Of a stretch of 64,000 nucleotides of DNA, positions 29,466 to 39,678 are shown piece by piece. The DNA is from a virus, in the IMG/VR virus record IMGVR_UViG_3300012943_000002, positions 1 through 64,000 of that record. One strand, 5' to 3'. A program made the translations under genes and the position numbers. Under the pieces are notes generated by a model. The model was not told where the DNA came from and did no database searches. It was given only the letters and a program-made list of their open reading frames with translations. Position 1 is the first letter of the stretch. Each line of letters starts with the position of its first letter.

Positions 29466-30452
29466 ATGCATAAATTTATATCAATAAATAGGATATTTTC
29501 AAAACTATCAGATAATATACTTGAAACTGTTTCAGAAGATAAGATAGTGGAGCAAGTAGGAGAAGCTTTGGAGTTTATGGAAACAGAGAGGTCTTTTGAA
29601 GAGCATGTTGCATTTATAGAAGTAGTTAAACATGAATGTAATATACCTAGTGGTACTCAATCTATAATACAGATAGCTAGAAATAATAGATGGACTGGAA
29701 TTGATAATACAGTTAATTGTATAACTCCTACTATTCTACAGGCTGAATGTAAAGCTGAAAAGGTAAAAGGAGACTGTACAAACTGTCTTTCAATTTTGGA
29801 TGATGCTGTTTGGCTTGATTGTCATGGTCAGCCTATTGTGGAGTACGACCTAGCTTATTACAGACCATATTTTGACTTACAGATGGAATATTATGGCTGG
29901 TCAAATTCTCACTACTGTAGGCAAAATTTTACCCCTGTAATCCTAAAATCTCACAGTTTTTTTAATTCTATTGTGTGCAGTGAAGCGGAAAGCTCTCCAT
30001 ATCATGATAGTAAGTATAAAGATGAATATACTATTATAAATAGATCAAAATTAAGATTTAGTTTTGAATGTGGTCAGATAGCTATAGCTTTTAACAAGCA
30101 GATGCTTGATACAGAAAGCGGTTATCCATTAATACCAGATAGTATATCTCATACTACTGCTATAGTTGCTTATATAAACATGAAGAAAGCTGAGAATGAC
30201 TTTGATAAAAATAGAGAGGGTGCTGATTCTAGGTTGAAATATTGGTCTTCACAATGGGATTGGTATTGTGGACAAGCTTCTAATAATGATAAGATGCTAG
30301 TAGGTGTAGATGAACATGAGAATTTTAAAAGGCAGAGACAATATATGTTACCTAGAGATAACTATTACAATTTCTTTGGCAAGATGAATGAACCAGAAGA
30401 TAGATTTTGGAATCACAGGAGAGGCTTAGGTAGAAATATTTTTATTGATTAA
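29466..30452 (+). CDS. Tail ring / tubular protein (crAss R2-like)
   Basis: EQVGEALE, F..G.IAIA...D.ESGYPLIPD, W.WYCGQA motifs; directly before the muzzle gene. Confidence 0.7.
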   Translation: MHKFISINRIFSKLSDNILETVSEDKIVEQVGEALEFMETERSFEEHVAFIEVVKHECNIPSGTQSIIQIARNNRWTGIDNTVNCITPTILQAECKAEKVKGDCTNCLSILDDAVWLDCHGQPIVEYDLAYYRPYFDLQMEYYGWSNSHYCRQNFTPVILKSHSFFNSIVCSEAESSPYHDSKYKDEYTIINRSKLRFSFECGQIAIAFNKQMLDTESGYPLIPDSISHTTAIVAYINMKKAENDFDKNREGADSRLKYWSSQWDWYCGQASNNDKMLVGVDEHENFKRQRQYMLPRDNYYNFFGKMNEPEDRFWNHRRGLGRNIFID

Positions 30453-30461
30453 TACTTAATA

Positions 30462-33400
30462 ATGGCTAAAGAAGAAATTTATAATAGTTCAGCTTCGGAG
30501 GTAACTAAAGGTATATTTATGGACTGTGATCCATTAAATCAACCTAAAGGTACTAGTAGATTTGCTTTAAATGCTATTAATGAAGTTATAGATGGTAAGA
30601 ATAAAACATCTAATGAACCTTCTAACTTTGCTTGTGATAGTTTTACTAGTGGTTATATACCTATAGGTAATAGATATATAGGCAATAATAACAAACTAGT
30701 AATATTAACTAATCCTACTACTGGAGGAGATGAAATAGGTATAATAGATAAGAATGATAAATACACTCCTATAGTAAATACTTTTGTATTAGGTTTAGAT
30801 ATAGCTCACCAATGTGATATTGAGTTTAGGATTAGAAAAGGTAAAGAGAGAGTTATATATTGGGTAGATGGAAAAGCTTTACTAAGAACATTTAATCTGG
30901 ATAGACCTCAAAATTTCTACAGTCCTGATTATCAGTTTTACTTAAAGTCTGGTGGTGATCCTGATACATTTGTAGGTGAGAAATGGGATGTAAATTCATT
31001 TAATTTAGTAAAGACATACTCTAAAATACCTTTCTTTAGTAATCCTCAAATAATAGAGACAGGTAATGTACTATCTGGCTCTTATAATTTTGCAGTACAA
31101 CTAGTGGATGAAGACTTAAATCCTACTTCTTGGATTACTACTTCCAATACAATAAACGTATATAATGATAGTACTAGTAATTCTTATGGTAAAATAAGAG
31201 GTAGTAAAAATATAACTAGCATTGCACAGAGTTTTCCTAGAAGTAATAAGTCTATTAAGCTAAATATAACCAACTTAGACCAAAGTTTTCCTTACTATAG
31301 AGTAGCTATTATTAGAGCATCTAATACTAATGGAGAAGTAGATAAGGTATTAGTATCAGATATATACTCTACCTATGATAGTAATTTTACTTATACTGGT
31401 AATGACTCAGAATTACTTGAGACTAGCTTGGAAGATATAGTAATAGATAATGAAATTATATTTGCTCCTCAGCATATAGAACAACTAGAGAACAGATTAA
31501 TAGTAGCTAATACCAAAGGTAAAGGTGTTAATTGGTGTGAGTTTCAAAAATTTGCTTCAAAAATACAGACCGATCTAGTTACAGAACAGGTTATATTAAA
31601 TAGTATTGATAGTAAACCTAATATAAAGAATCCTAGTAGTACATTTACAGATAGAGGATATATGCCGGGAGAAGTATATTCAATAGGTGTAGTATATTTA
31701 TTTGATGATGGTACTATATCTCCAACATTTCATATACCCGGTAGAAGTGTGTATAATACTACTTCACAAATGAAAGTATATGAATTGGATTCTAGCTATC
31801 TAGATATACATAATTGTGTATCTAATAATTATTGGGGTACTGATTGCGACAATAAAAGACTCTTAGGTACACCTGTTAGGCATCACAGATTTCCATTTAG
31901 AAGTGAAGTTAATAAACCATTGGTAACTAGCACAGGTAGTACTACAGATATTACTAAGTATAGACTAAAGGTTGTAATAACCCTTAATCCTGCTTACTCC
32001 CCTAGTCCAAGCTATCCAGATGATGGTGGTTCTCCTCCTGTTCCTCTTATAATACCTTATATATTTAATTATCAAATTACTGGTGCAGGTTCTACACTAC
32101 AATCTGTAGGAGAACTTACAGAAGATATGGTTACTGGAAGTAAAGAGATTATAGTATATAATGATACTCAAGCTCTTAGTCTCATATCTGGAAAATATGC
32201 TGAGTTAGATAGTGGAAGTACATTAGCTTCATATCAGCCCGGAACTAATGATAGGTTTATAATAACTGAAACCTATGAAAGTTATGTAGTATCTTCATCA
32301 ATTAATAGTGATGTATCTGAAATATTTGGACTTAGTTTTTCTAATATACAGAAACCTAGAGAAGATGTAGTAGGTTTTTATATAGTTAGGAACGAAAGAA
32401 CAGATGATGATAAACTAGTAGTAGATAGTGCTATATTAGGTACTAATGTAAAGAATGAACAATATGTATCATTTGGATTATTAATGCCTAAACAGTATTA
32501 TTCTGTAGATAACTGTGGTAGAGTTAATAGTTCAGGTAAGACATTGGTATATGATAATAAGAGTTTGTGGTTTTTTAATCCTGAATTTCAATTTTCCAAT
32601 AAAAAATTACAATTTGATGAGTTCAAAATAGAAGGAACTTATGCTCAAGATAGTGTAGATATGCCTACTATATCTGATACAGATGGTTCTGCATGTAATG
32701 GTGGAGGAGGAGTTACTTTTGCAGGAGGCTCTAAAGGAGTATTAATACAAGATGTACAAGCAGGTACATCTTATAATCCAGATATAAATAAGAAGAAAAA
32801 TAAAGATGATGATGGATTTAGCTTAATAATAGGTTATAGGAATAATAATATAACTTTTAGTCTAGATAATAGTGATGTTACTCTACCTTTGAAATCTAAT
32901 ATACTTTATCTAAATGCTGCATCTTATCAGAATATATCAGATTTTACCTACTATAATGTATCAGTAGATAATAAGATAGGTATGTATTTGTCTGATTCAA
33001 CTTATGATACTAATAAATTAGCAAATGTAGATGGAAGTAATGGTAATGCGTTATTCTATGCTTCTATGGTAAAAAGCAGTACTAGCTCATATAGTAATTT
33101 TCTTACTAGAGCATACTATAAAGAACATAACAATCCAGTTATGTTTAATGATTTGAATGTAATAAATGATTTTAGAGTGTATAATGGAGATGCTCAAATA
33201 TCTGCTTTAAATATGGTTAGTTCTGTATTTTATGATATAGTAGTGGCTGATAGACCTAAGAAAAGTAGTTTATGGAAAATTATAGTAGGTGCTGTATTAA
33301 TAGCTGCTTCTATTATTACTGTAGCAACTGGAGTATTAGCTCCTTTAAGTCCTGCATTAATAGCAGCAGCAACTTCCCTAACTACTCTTGCTATATCTTA

Positions 33401-35294
33401 CGGAGTTACTTTAGCTGTTAGTGGTATTAAATTTGAGCAGTTTAAAAATATGACTGAGACTGATTATGAAAAAGGACTAAAGGATACTGTAACAGATGGT
33501 GGAGTATATGAAACTGTAAGAGAAGGATTGAGTCAAGAAGATGACACTATAAGATGGTTTGCTGATAGAGTATCTAATGTTTATATAGAAACTAGTGTAC
33601 CATTTGGATTAAGAGTTGGACTTACTAGTGGAGTAAGTGATTTTGTAGATGCTCCACAGCCTTATAGTGAGCCTGAATTTAGGACATATCTGACTGAGAA
33701 AATGACTACTCTAGATAGAGATCAAGGTGCTGGTAGACTATATAAAGGATATGCAGGAGCAGAGTTTTATGATATAAACTTAGATTATACTAGATTTAAT
33801 AAACAGAAAATCTTCTTCCATTTACCTATAGAATATGATTGCTGTGCTGATTTTAACGAAGAATATCCTTTAAGAAGGTGGTTTAGTGAACAGAGTTTCC
33901 AAGAAGAAAAAATAGATAATTATAGAGCATTTTTACCTAATAACTATTCAGATATAGAAGGTGAACATGGAGAAATTACCAATCTATATAGATTAGGTAA
34001 TAACCTATTTGTACATACAACGGAAGCTCTATGGCAGCAACCTGCTAATATACAGGAAAGAGTTACTAATGAAATAGTTTCTTTCATAGGTACAGGTAAC
34101 TTTCTATCTATACCTCCTAGGAAAGTAGTGGATTCTACTTTAGGTACTGCTGGTACACAACATAAATGGGCTACCATAAAGACAGACATAGGGGTTTTTT
34201 CTCTAAGTGAACTAGAAAATAAAATATATCTACACTCAGAAGGAATAAAATATCTTAGTGTAGGCTTAGATAGCTATCTATCTAACACTATCACATCCTC
34301 CCTAGTTAAGCAGATGTATGATAGTTTTGGTATAGATTTTAAAAATAAAAATAATCCAGCTAATCCTTCTGGTATAGGTTATATATCTAGTTATGATAAA
34401 GAATATAATAGAGTAATATTCTCAAAGAAAGATTTTCTGATATTACCTGATAAATTAGATACTTTAATACTTACTACAGATATTCCTATAAATGATGATG
34501 GAGTATTTAGATATAATAGTACTAATGGAGTATTTTATGTAGGTATAGCTCCTTTGAGCTTTAATAATGTTGATTACTTTGAAAATAAATCTATAACATT
34601 GTCATATTCTATAAATAATAGAAGTTGGACATCATGGCATAGTTACTTACCTAATTTCTTTATTACTAGTAAAGATGCTTTGTATTCAGGTAGTGATAGT
34701 ACTATATGGAAACATAATCAAATAGGAAGTTATGGTAACTTCTATGGAGTACAATATCAATTTATAGTAGAGAGAGTAGCCATAGTTAATCCATTAATGG
34801 ATAATACTTATGAGGATATGACTATACAAACAGATGCAAGAGAGTGGGATAGTGTTACTAAGGATTTTATAAATAGGAGATTAGTAACATTCAATAAGAT
34901 ACTCCTATACAATAATTCCCAAAGTTCAAAAGAATTACTTCTAGTAGTTAAACAAACAGAAGCTAGTCCTGCAAATTGGTACTCTAATCAGATTAAAGTA
35001 ACTAATGGTTCTATTTTAATATCAAAAGAAGGTGAGAACTGGAATCTTAATGCTTTTAGAGATCAAGTTGCAGACTATAATAAATCTCTATTCTCATCTA
35101 ATTGGGAAGATATAAAGGATAAATACTTTATAGATAAAATTGTAAATGCTAATGTGGTAGCTACTAGAAAGCAATGGTATGAAAGGAAAACTTTCTCAGG
35201 TAAATTCGTTGTAATACGACTAATATTTGATAACTTTAATGGAATTAATTTAGGTCTTAACTATTCTATAGATACTCAACAAGTTTCAGAATGA
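30462..35294 (+). CDS. Tail stabilisation / muzzle protein (P22 gp10-like)
   Basis: 1610 aa; D.DP.NQPKGT.RFALN start, YMPGEVYSIGVVY, RHHRFP, F.PNNY.D...HGEIT, TLSYS....W.SWHSYLP. Confidence 0.85.
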   Translation: MAKEEIYNSSASEVTKGIFMDCDPLNQPKGTSRFALNAINEVIDGKNKTSNEPSNFACDSFTSGYIPIGNRYIGNNNKLVILTNPTTGGDEIGIIDKNDKYTPIVNTFVLGLDIAHQCDIEFRIRKGKERVIYWVDGKALLRTFNLDRPQNFYSPDYQFYLKSGGDPDTFVGEKWDVNSFNLVKTYSKIPFFSNPQIIETGNVLSGSYNFAVQLVDEDLNPTSWITTSNTINVYNDSTSNSYGKIRGSKNITSIAQSFPRSNKSIKLNITNLDQSFPYYRVAIIRASNTNGEVDKVLVSDIYSTYDSNFTYTGNDSELLETSLEDIVIDNEIIFAPQHIEQLENRLIVANTKGKGVNWCEFQKFASKIQTDLVTEQVILNSIDSKPNIKNPSSTFTDRGYMPGEVYSIGVVYLFDDGTISPTFHIPGRSVYNTTSQMKVYELDSSYLDIHNCVSNNYWGTDCDNKRLLGTPVRHHRFPFRSEVNKPLVTSTGSTTDITKYRLKVVITLNPAYSPSPSYPDDGGSPPVPLIIPYIFNYQITGAGSTLQSVGELTEDMVTGSKEIIVYNDTQALSLISGKYAELDSGSTLASYQPGTNDRFIITETYESYVVSSSINSDVSEIFGLSFSNIQKPREDVVGFYIVRNERTDDDKLVVDSAILGTNVKNEQYVSFGLLMPKQYYSVDNCGRVNSSGKTLVYDNKSLWFFNPEFQFSNKKLQFDEFKIEGTYAQDSVDMPTISDTDGSACNGGGGVTFAGGSKGVLIQDVQAGTSYNPDINKKKNKDDDGFSLIIGYRNNNITFSLDNSDVTLPLKSNILYLNAASYQNISDFTYYNVSVDNKIGMYLSDSTYDTNKLANVDGSNGNALFYASMVKSSTSSYSNFLTRAYYKEHNNPVMFNDLNVINDFRVYNGDAQISALNMVSSVFYDIVVADRPKKSSLWKIIVGAVLIAASIITVATGVLAPLSPALIAAATSLTTLAISYGVTLAVSGIKFEQFKNMTETDYEKGLKDTVTDGGVYETVREGLSQEDDTIRWFADRVSNVYIETSVPFGLRVGLTSGVSDFVDAPQPYSEPEFRTYLTEKMTTLDRDQGAGRLYKGYAGAEFYDINLDYTRFNKQKIFFHLPIEYDCCADFNEEYPLRRWFSEQSFQEEKIDNYRAFLPNNYSDIEGEHGEITNLYRLGNNLFVHTTEALWQQPANIQERVTNEIVSFIGTGNFLSIPPRKVVDSTLGTAGTQHKWATIKTDIGVFSLSELENKIYLHSEGIKYLSVGLDSYLSNTITSSLVKQMYDSFGIDFKNKNNPANPSGIGYISSYDKEYNRVIFSKKDFLILPDKLDTLILTTDIPINDDGVFRYNSTNGVFYVGIAPLSFNNVDYFENKSITLSYSINNRSWTSWHSYLPNFFITSKDALYSGSDSTIWKHNQIGSYGNFYGVQYQFIVERVAIVNPLMDNTYEDMTIQTDAREWDSVTKDFINRRLVTFNKILLYNNSQSSKELLLVVKQTEASPANWYSNQIKVTNGSILISKEGENWNLNAFRDQVADYNKSLFSSNWEDIKDKYFIDKIVNANVVATRKQWYERKTFSGKFVVIRLIFDNFNGINLGLNYSIDTQQVSE

Positions 35295-35318
35295 AAATAT
35301 AAATAATTACATTTAATT

Positions 35319-37280
35319 ATGAAAAGTAGAAAATACATTCTAAAAATGGCTTACGGTGGTGGTGATCCTAAAGAAAAAAAATCTAAACCATTACCCGTAT
35401 TGACACCGGAACAGTTAACTGAATTTAGTAACTTTTCAGGTTCAACTAATGTACCAGATATAAACAAAGCTTTAGATAGATATAACTTAAAGGGAGTAGA
35501 TAGGCTTTATCAAGCTTATGATGATGATGTAGCTAAAGGTGGTAATAATATTACAGGGGCTAGACAGGACTGGATAGGTAGTACTACATCTAGGGCATTG
35601 GCAAATGCTAGAAGGTTAGGTATTGCTCCAGAAGCTTTCTCTGCTAATGCTAAAACTATATTTGGTAATGATAGATATGCTGATACTATACTAAATAATA
35701 AAGACTTTAGTAGAATGTATCCTAATTATATGGAAGTAGCTTCTAATATTTATAGAGATAGGTATAATAATTATATTCCTAGTACAGAAGGTACAGCTAC
35801 TACAAAAGCTTATGGAGGAACTATAGATGATTTAGATGAAAATGAATTTGCTAATATACAGGAGATAGCTACTCAGGAAGGTATAACTCCAGAAGAAGCT
35901 TTACAAATGTATGAAAATTCAGAAGATGAAGACAGTGAGGATGATGAAACTATGGCTTACGGAGGGATACATATAAAGAAGAAAAATAGAGGTAAATTTA
36001 ATGCCTTAAAGAAAAGAACTGGTAAAACTACGGAAGAACTTACTCATAGTAAAAATGCTTTAACTCGTAAGAGAGCTATATTTGCTCAAAATGCTAGTAG
36101 ATGGAATCACGCCTATGGTGGTAAAACTGATAGTAATGTAGAAGTAGAAGGCAAAGAAGCTGTACAAACTCCAGATGGAAGAGTAGGAGTTGTAAAAGGT
36201 CCCAGTCATGAACAAGGTGGAGTAGATATGAACTTACCTAATGGTTCAAGAGTGTATTCTGATAGATTACAGATAGATGGAAAGTCTATGAAGGATAGGA
36301 AACTGGACAGAGAGAAAAGATTAAAGAGGGTAGAGAAAATACTTAGCAGTAAATATCCTAATCAACTATCTAAAAATACTGTAGATAGAACTTCTAGAAA
36401 TGTACATAGAGAAGAAGCTCAAGATATGATGTTACAAAAAGTAGCTAATCATATTTACAGACCACCACAAAGAGACAATAGTACTAGGGAGTCTAAAAGA
36501 TATGCTTATGGAGATATTGTAAAGGATGTATTACCAATAGAAGGTATGAATCCTGATATGGTATCTTCTTTAGGATATATTGATCCTGTAGCTGGAGTAC
36601 CTCCATATACTGGACCTACTGTATCATCTATTCCTACTGAAACTGACTACAGAGGTATGACAGCAGGAGATTATGTAGGTATGACTGGAACATTACTCGG
36701 AAGTATATTACCATTAATCAATACTAAAAATAATGCCAGAGCTACTCCTCCTAATATTAATAGATTTAGAGGATATGGACATAATGCTTTAGATGATAAT
36801 ACTGCTGCTCAGGATTATTTAGCTACTAGTGAAGGAAATGAATTAACTGATATTGATACTGGAGCTAATAGTGCTTACTCTAGAAATAATAATAGTGCAT
36901 CTAGTATCAATACTTCTAGAGCTTTAAATACTATTACTACTATGAATGCAGATAAAGCTAGAGCTAATGTTAGGTCTAACTATGCTAAAAATATGGTAGG
37001 AGTGTTAGGTCAAAGGTCTCAATTAGATAATATAGCAGATTATAGACAGATGGCTGGAGATGCTCAAGTAGATGCTGAAAATAAAATGGATGTGGATAAC
37101 TATTTTAGTAACTTGGAAGCTAATTATTCTAATCTGGCTACAGGAGTACAGGAGATAGGTAGAGACCTTAACATTCATCAAACTGGTAATGATGATGCAG
37201 ATTTACTAGGATTATTAACTAAGAATGGTATTAGAATAGGCAGGGGAAGTAATGGTAGATACAAATTAATGAATAACTAA
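35319..37280 (+). CDS. Virion cargo protein 1-like
   Basis: IHIKKKNRGKF..RKRAIFAQNA and EVEGKE..GPSHEQGGV motifs; five AYG(G/D) motifs; directly after muzzle. Confidence 0.7.
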   Translation: MKSRKYILKMAYGGGDPKEKKSKPLPVLTPEQLTEFSNFSGSTNVPDINKALDRYNLKGVDRLYQAYDDDVAKGGNNITGARQDWIGSTTSRALANARRLGIAPEAFSANAKTIFGNDRYADTILNNKDFSRMYPNYMEVASNIYRDRYNNYIPSTEGTATTKAYGGTIDDLDENEFANIQEIATQEGITPEEALQMYENSEDEDSEDDETMAYGGIHIKKKNRGKFNALKKRTGKTTEELTHSKNALTRKRAIFAQNASRWNHAYGGKTDSNVEVEGKEAVQTPDGRVGVVKGPSHEQGGVDMNLPNGSRVYSDRLQIDGKSMKDRKLDREKRLKRVEKILSSKYPNQLSKNTVDRTSRNVHREEAQDMMLQKVANHIYRPPQRDNSTRESKRYAYGDIVKDVLPIEGMNPDMVSSLGYIDPVAGVPPYTGPTVSSIPTETDYRGMTAGDYVGMTGTLLGSILPLINTKNNARATPPNINRFRGYGHNALDDNTAAQDYLATSEGNELTDIDTGANSAYSRNNNSASSINTSRALNTITTMNADKARANVRSNYAKNMVGVLGQRSQLDNIADYRQMAGDAQVDAENKMDVDNYFSNLEANYSNLATGVQEIGRDLNIHQTGNDDADLLGLLTKNGIRIGRGSNGRYKLMNN

Positions 37281-37281
37281 A

Positions 37282-39675
37282 ATGGGAAGATTTTATAGAA
37301 CATCTAATTCTACTCCTGTAGACTATATGTACAGAAATGATACTCCTCTCATGGCACAAGTGTTAGGAGCTAATGACCAATATATAGATCAACAATTAGA
37401 ACAAGGAAATAAAATAGGAGCATTTACTTTTGATTATGCTCCCGGTGATGAAGCCGGGGCTAATGAGCTTATGAATAACTATCATACTCAGGCAAATAAT
37501 ATTACAGATGCTATAAGTAAAGACCCTGCTAATTGGAGAAAACAACAAGGAGCAATTAGAGATTTAACTCAAAAACTACAAACTGACTATACAAGTGGAG
37601 CTATAAATAAATATGTAACTAACTATGGACTTAGGAAAAAAGCTTTTGATACTTTAGATCAACAACAAGAATTATATTATAAAACAGGTGGAGTAGATAA
37701 GGATGGCAATCCTATAGGATTAAGTCCAGAAGAAGTACAGAAAGCTAAAGCTTATATGGACAATAATTTTAATGGTAGCTTTAATAATGGACAATACAAT
37801 CCTTATAAAACATTATCTTTATCTAATTCTGTAAATGTTAATAAACTTGTAGGAGATGCTGTAAAAAATATAACCAAAGATAAGAACACTAAAGAATTTA
37901 CTAATATAGATGGGGCATATTTTGATGATGAAAAACACTCTTGGGAAGGTATTCCTCCTGAAAAGATATTAAGTGTAGCTACGAATGCAGTAATGACTGA
38001 TCCTAGGGTACAAAATTATATACGAGATAGGTCTCAAATAGGTTATATAAATAATGCTTATTACCCAAAAGGAACTGTTATAGATGGTAAAGATGTATCT
38101 GGTCAATTTAGAACACCATATACTGTATCTCCTAATGGAGAATTAACTGATGAAGAAAAAGTTAAAAGAGATACAGAACAGCATAGGATTAATTTATTAC
38201 AAAGAACTCATCCAAAGGAAGCAGCTATAGCTCAACAAAATCTAAATAATCAACTTAAAACCATAAGTGGGAGAACTAAATTAGATTGGGATAGTGGAAG
38301 TTTTCTAGCCCCATATTTACAAAATGCTATTACTCAATATGGAGGAACTTCTGTAGAGGACTCTCAGAAATATAGAAACAATAGTTATGCTAACTCCTTA
38401 ATGGTGCAAGGTAGAGAAGATGCTAGACAACAGAGAGGATTTGGTCATGATGTAAGTATGGAAGGTATAAAACATCTTAATAGACTAAGTGAAATGCAGG
38501 AAAAAGCTGCATTGAAGAGTAAAGGAGAAAAGAAAGATGGTAAAGGAGTTACAGAAGCTACTATCCTAGCACAGCCTACTAATACTCCTTATGGTTACTT
38601 AGGTACTAGTAAAGAAGATGTAGAAAGCAATCTACAGAGTAGACTAAAAAATAATAATAGTAGTCTTATTTCTATGTATAAAAGTAAGCATGATGCCATA
38701 AATAATGGAGATCAAGACCTAGCAAATTATATAAGTAATCAGATACAGGACAAACTGGCAGATCAAATGACTTTAGGACAGAGGATGGACAGAGCTAAAA
38801 CTGATGCTGTTAAGGAAGTAGTTCCAGAGAGCGATATGGACTTATATAATAATCAGAGAAAAATACAAGAGGACTTCTATAAATTTAAAACTAACTTAGG
38901 AGTACCAGATGCACAGTTGTATAGAACTAAAGAGGGACAAAAGTATTTAGTAGATAATGCAAAGATTAATAGATATAATAAAGCAGTAGATGATAAATAT
39001 AAGAATAATCTATTAGATGCTACTAAAGAGAAAACTAAAGGAGAATTTTTAGTACAAACTACTGATAATGATGATAAGTTTTTAAGATCAGCTATAAACG
39101 CTGATCCAGCTACATTTAAAATAATTGATCCAAATACAGGACAAGAAACACTTAGCTTTAGAGATGGTAAGTTAACAGGAGATGACAAAGATTTACAGAT
39201 AACTGGGGCTGGTCCTACTTCTAGTAATAGTGGTACTATGAATATATATGCTAAGTACAAAGGTAAAAATATAATTATAACACCTACAGGTAAATCAGCA
39301 GATATAGTAAGAAATAAATTAGTAGGAGATTGGGCAACTAGTGGAGATAAAGGAGTAAAACAATTAGTAAGTACTTGGAGTAGTCCTTATTTTAGTGTTG
39401 TAAATCAAGCTACTAATGAAATTATACAGGGAGATGGAGATGATCCTTCTAAATTAAGTAGTACTATATATAAAACTATAGATTTACCTAGCGGTAGTGC
39501 TAAAATAGGTATAACTAAAGTGGGAACTGCTGGATGGAAACTAGAGATAGAAAGTAAGGATGGCTGGAGAACTGTACCCAATATAGATGAGAAAGGTAAT
39601 ATAATAGGTAACTATTTTGCATCTAAAGCTGATATAGTAGATGTTTTAAACAGAGGTAGTAAAAAACAAAAATAA
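37282..39675 (+). CDS. Virion cargo / ejection protein preceding the RNAP
   Basis: 797 aa, helical, N/Q-rich; syntenic position. Confidence 0.65.
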   Translation: MGRFYRTSNSTPVDYMYRNDTPLMAQVLGANDQYIDQQLEQGNKIGAFTFDYAPGDEAGANELMNNYHTQANNITDAISKDPANWRKQQGAIRDLTQKLQTDYTSGAINKYVTNYGLRKKAFDTLDQQQELYYKTGGVDKDGNPIGLSPEEVQKAKAYMDNNFNGSFNNGQYNPYKTLSLSNSVNVNKLVGDAVKNITKDKNTKEFTNIDGAYFDDEKHSWEGIPPEKILSVATNAVMTDPRVQNYIRDRSQIGYINNAYYPKGTVIDGKDVSGQFRTPYTVSPNGELTDEEKVKRDTEQHRINLLQRTHPKEAAIAQQNLNNQLKTISGRTKLDWDSGSFLAPYLQNAITQYGGTSVEDSQKYRNNSYANSLMVQGREDARQQRGFGHDVSMEGIKHLNRLSEMQEKAALKSKGEKKDGKGVTEATILAQPTNTPYGYLGTSKEDVESNLQSRLKNNNSSLISMYKSKHDAINNGDQDLANYISNQIQDKLADQMTLGQRMDRAKTDAVKEVVPESDMDLYNNQRKIQEDFYKFKTNLGVPDAQLYRTKEGQKYLVDNAKINRYNKAVDDKYKNNLLDATKEKTKGEFLVQTTDNDDKFLRSAINADPATFKIIDPNTGQETLSFRDGKLTGDDKDLQITGAGPTSSNSGTMNIYAKYKGKNIIITPTGKSADIVRNKLVGDWATSGDKGVKQLVSTWSSPYFSVVNQATNEIIQGDGDDPSKLSSTIYKTIDLPSGSAKIGITKVGTAGWKLEIESKDGWRTVPNIDEKGNIIGNYFASKADIVDVLNRGSKKQK

Positions 39676-39678
39676 GTA

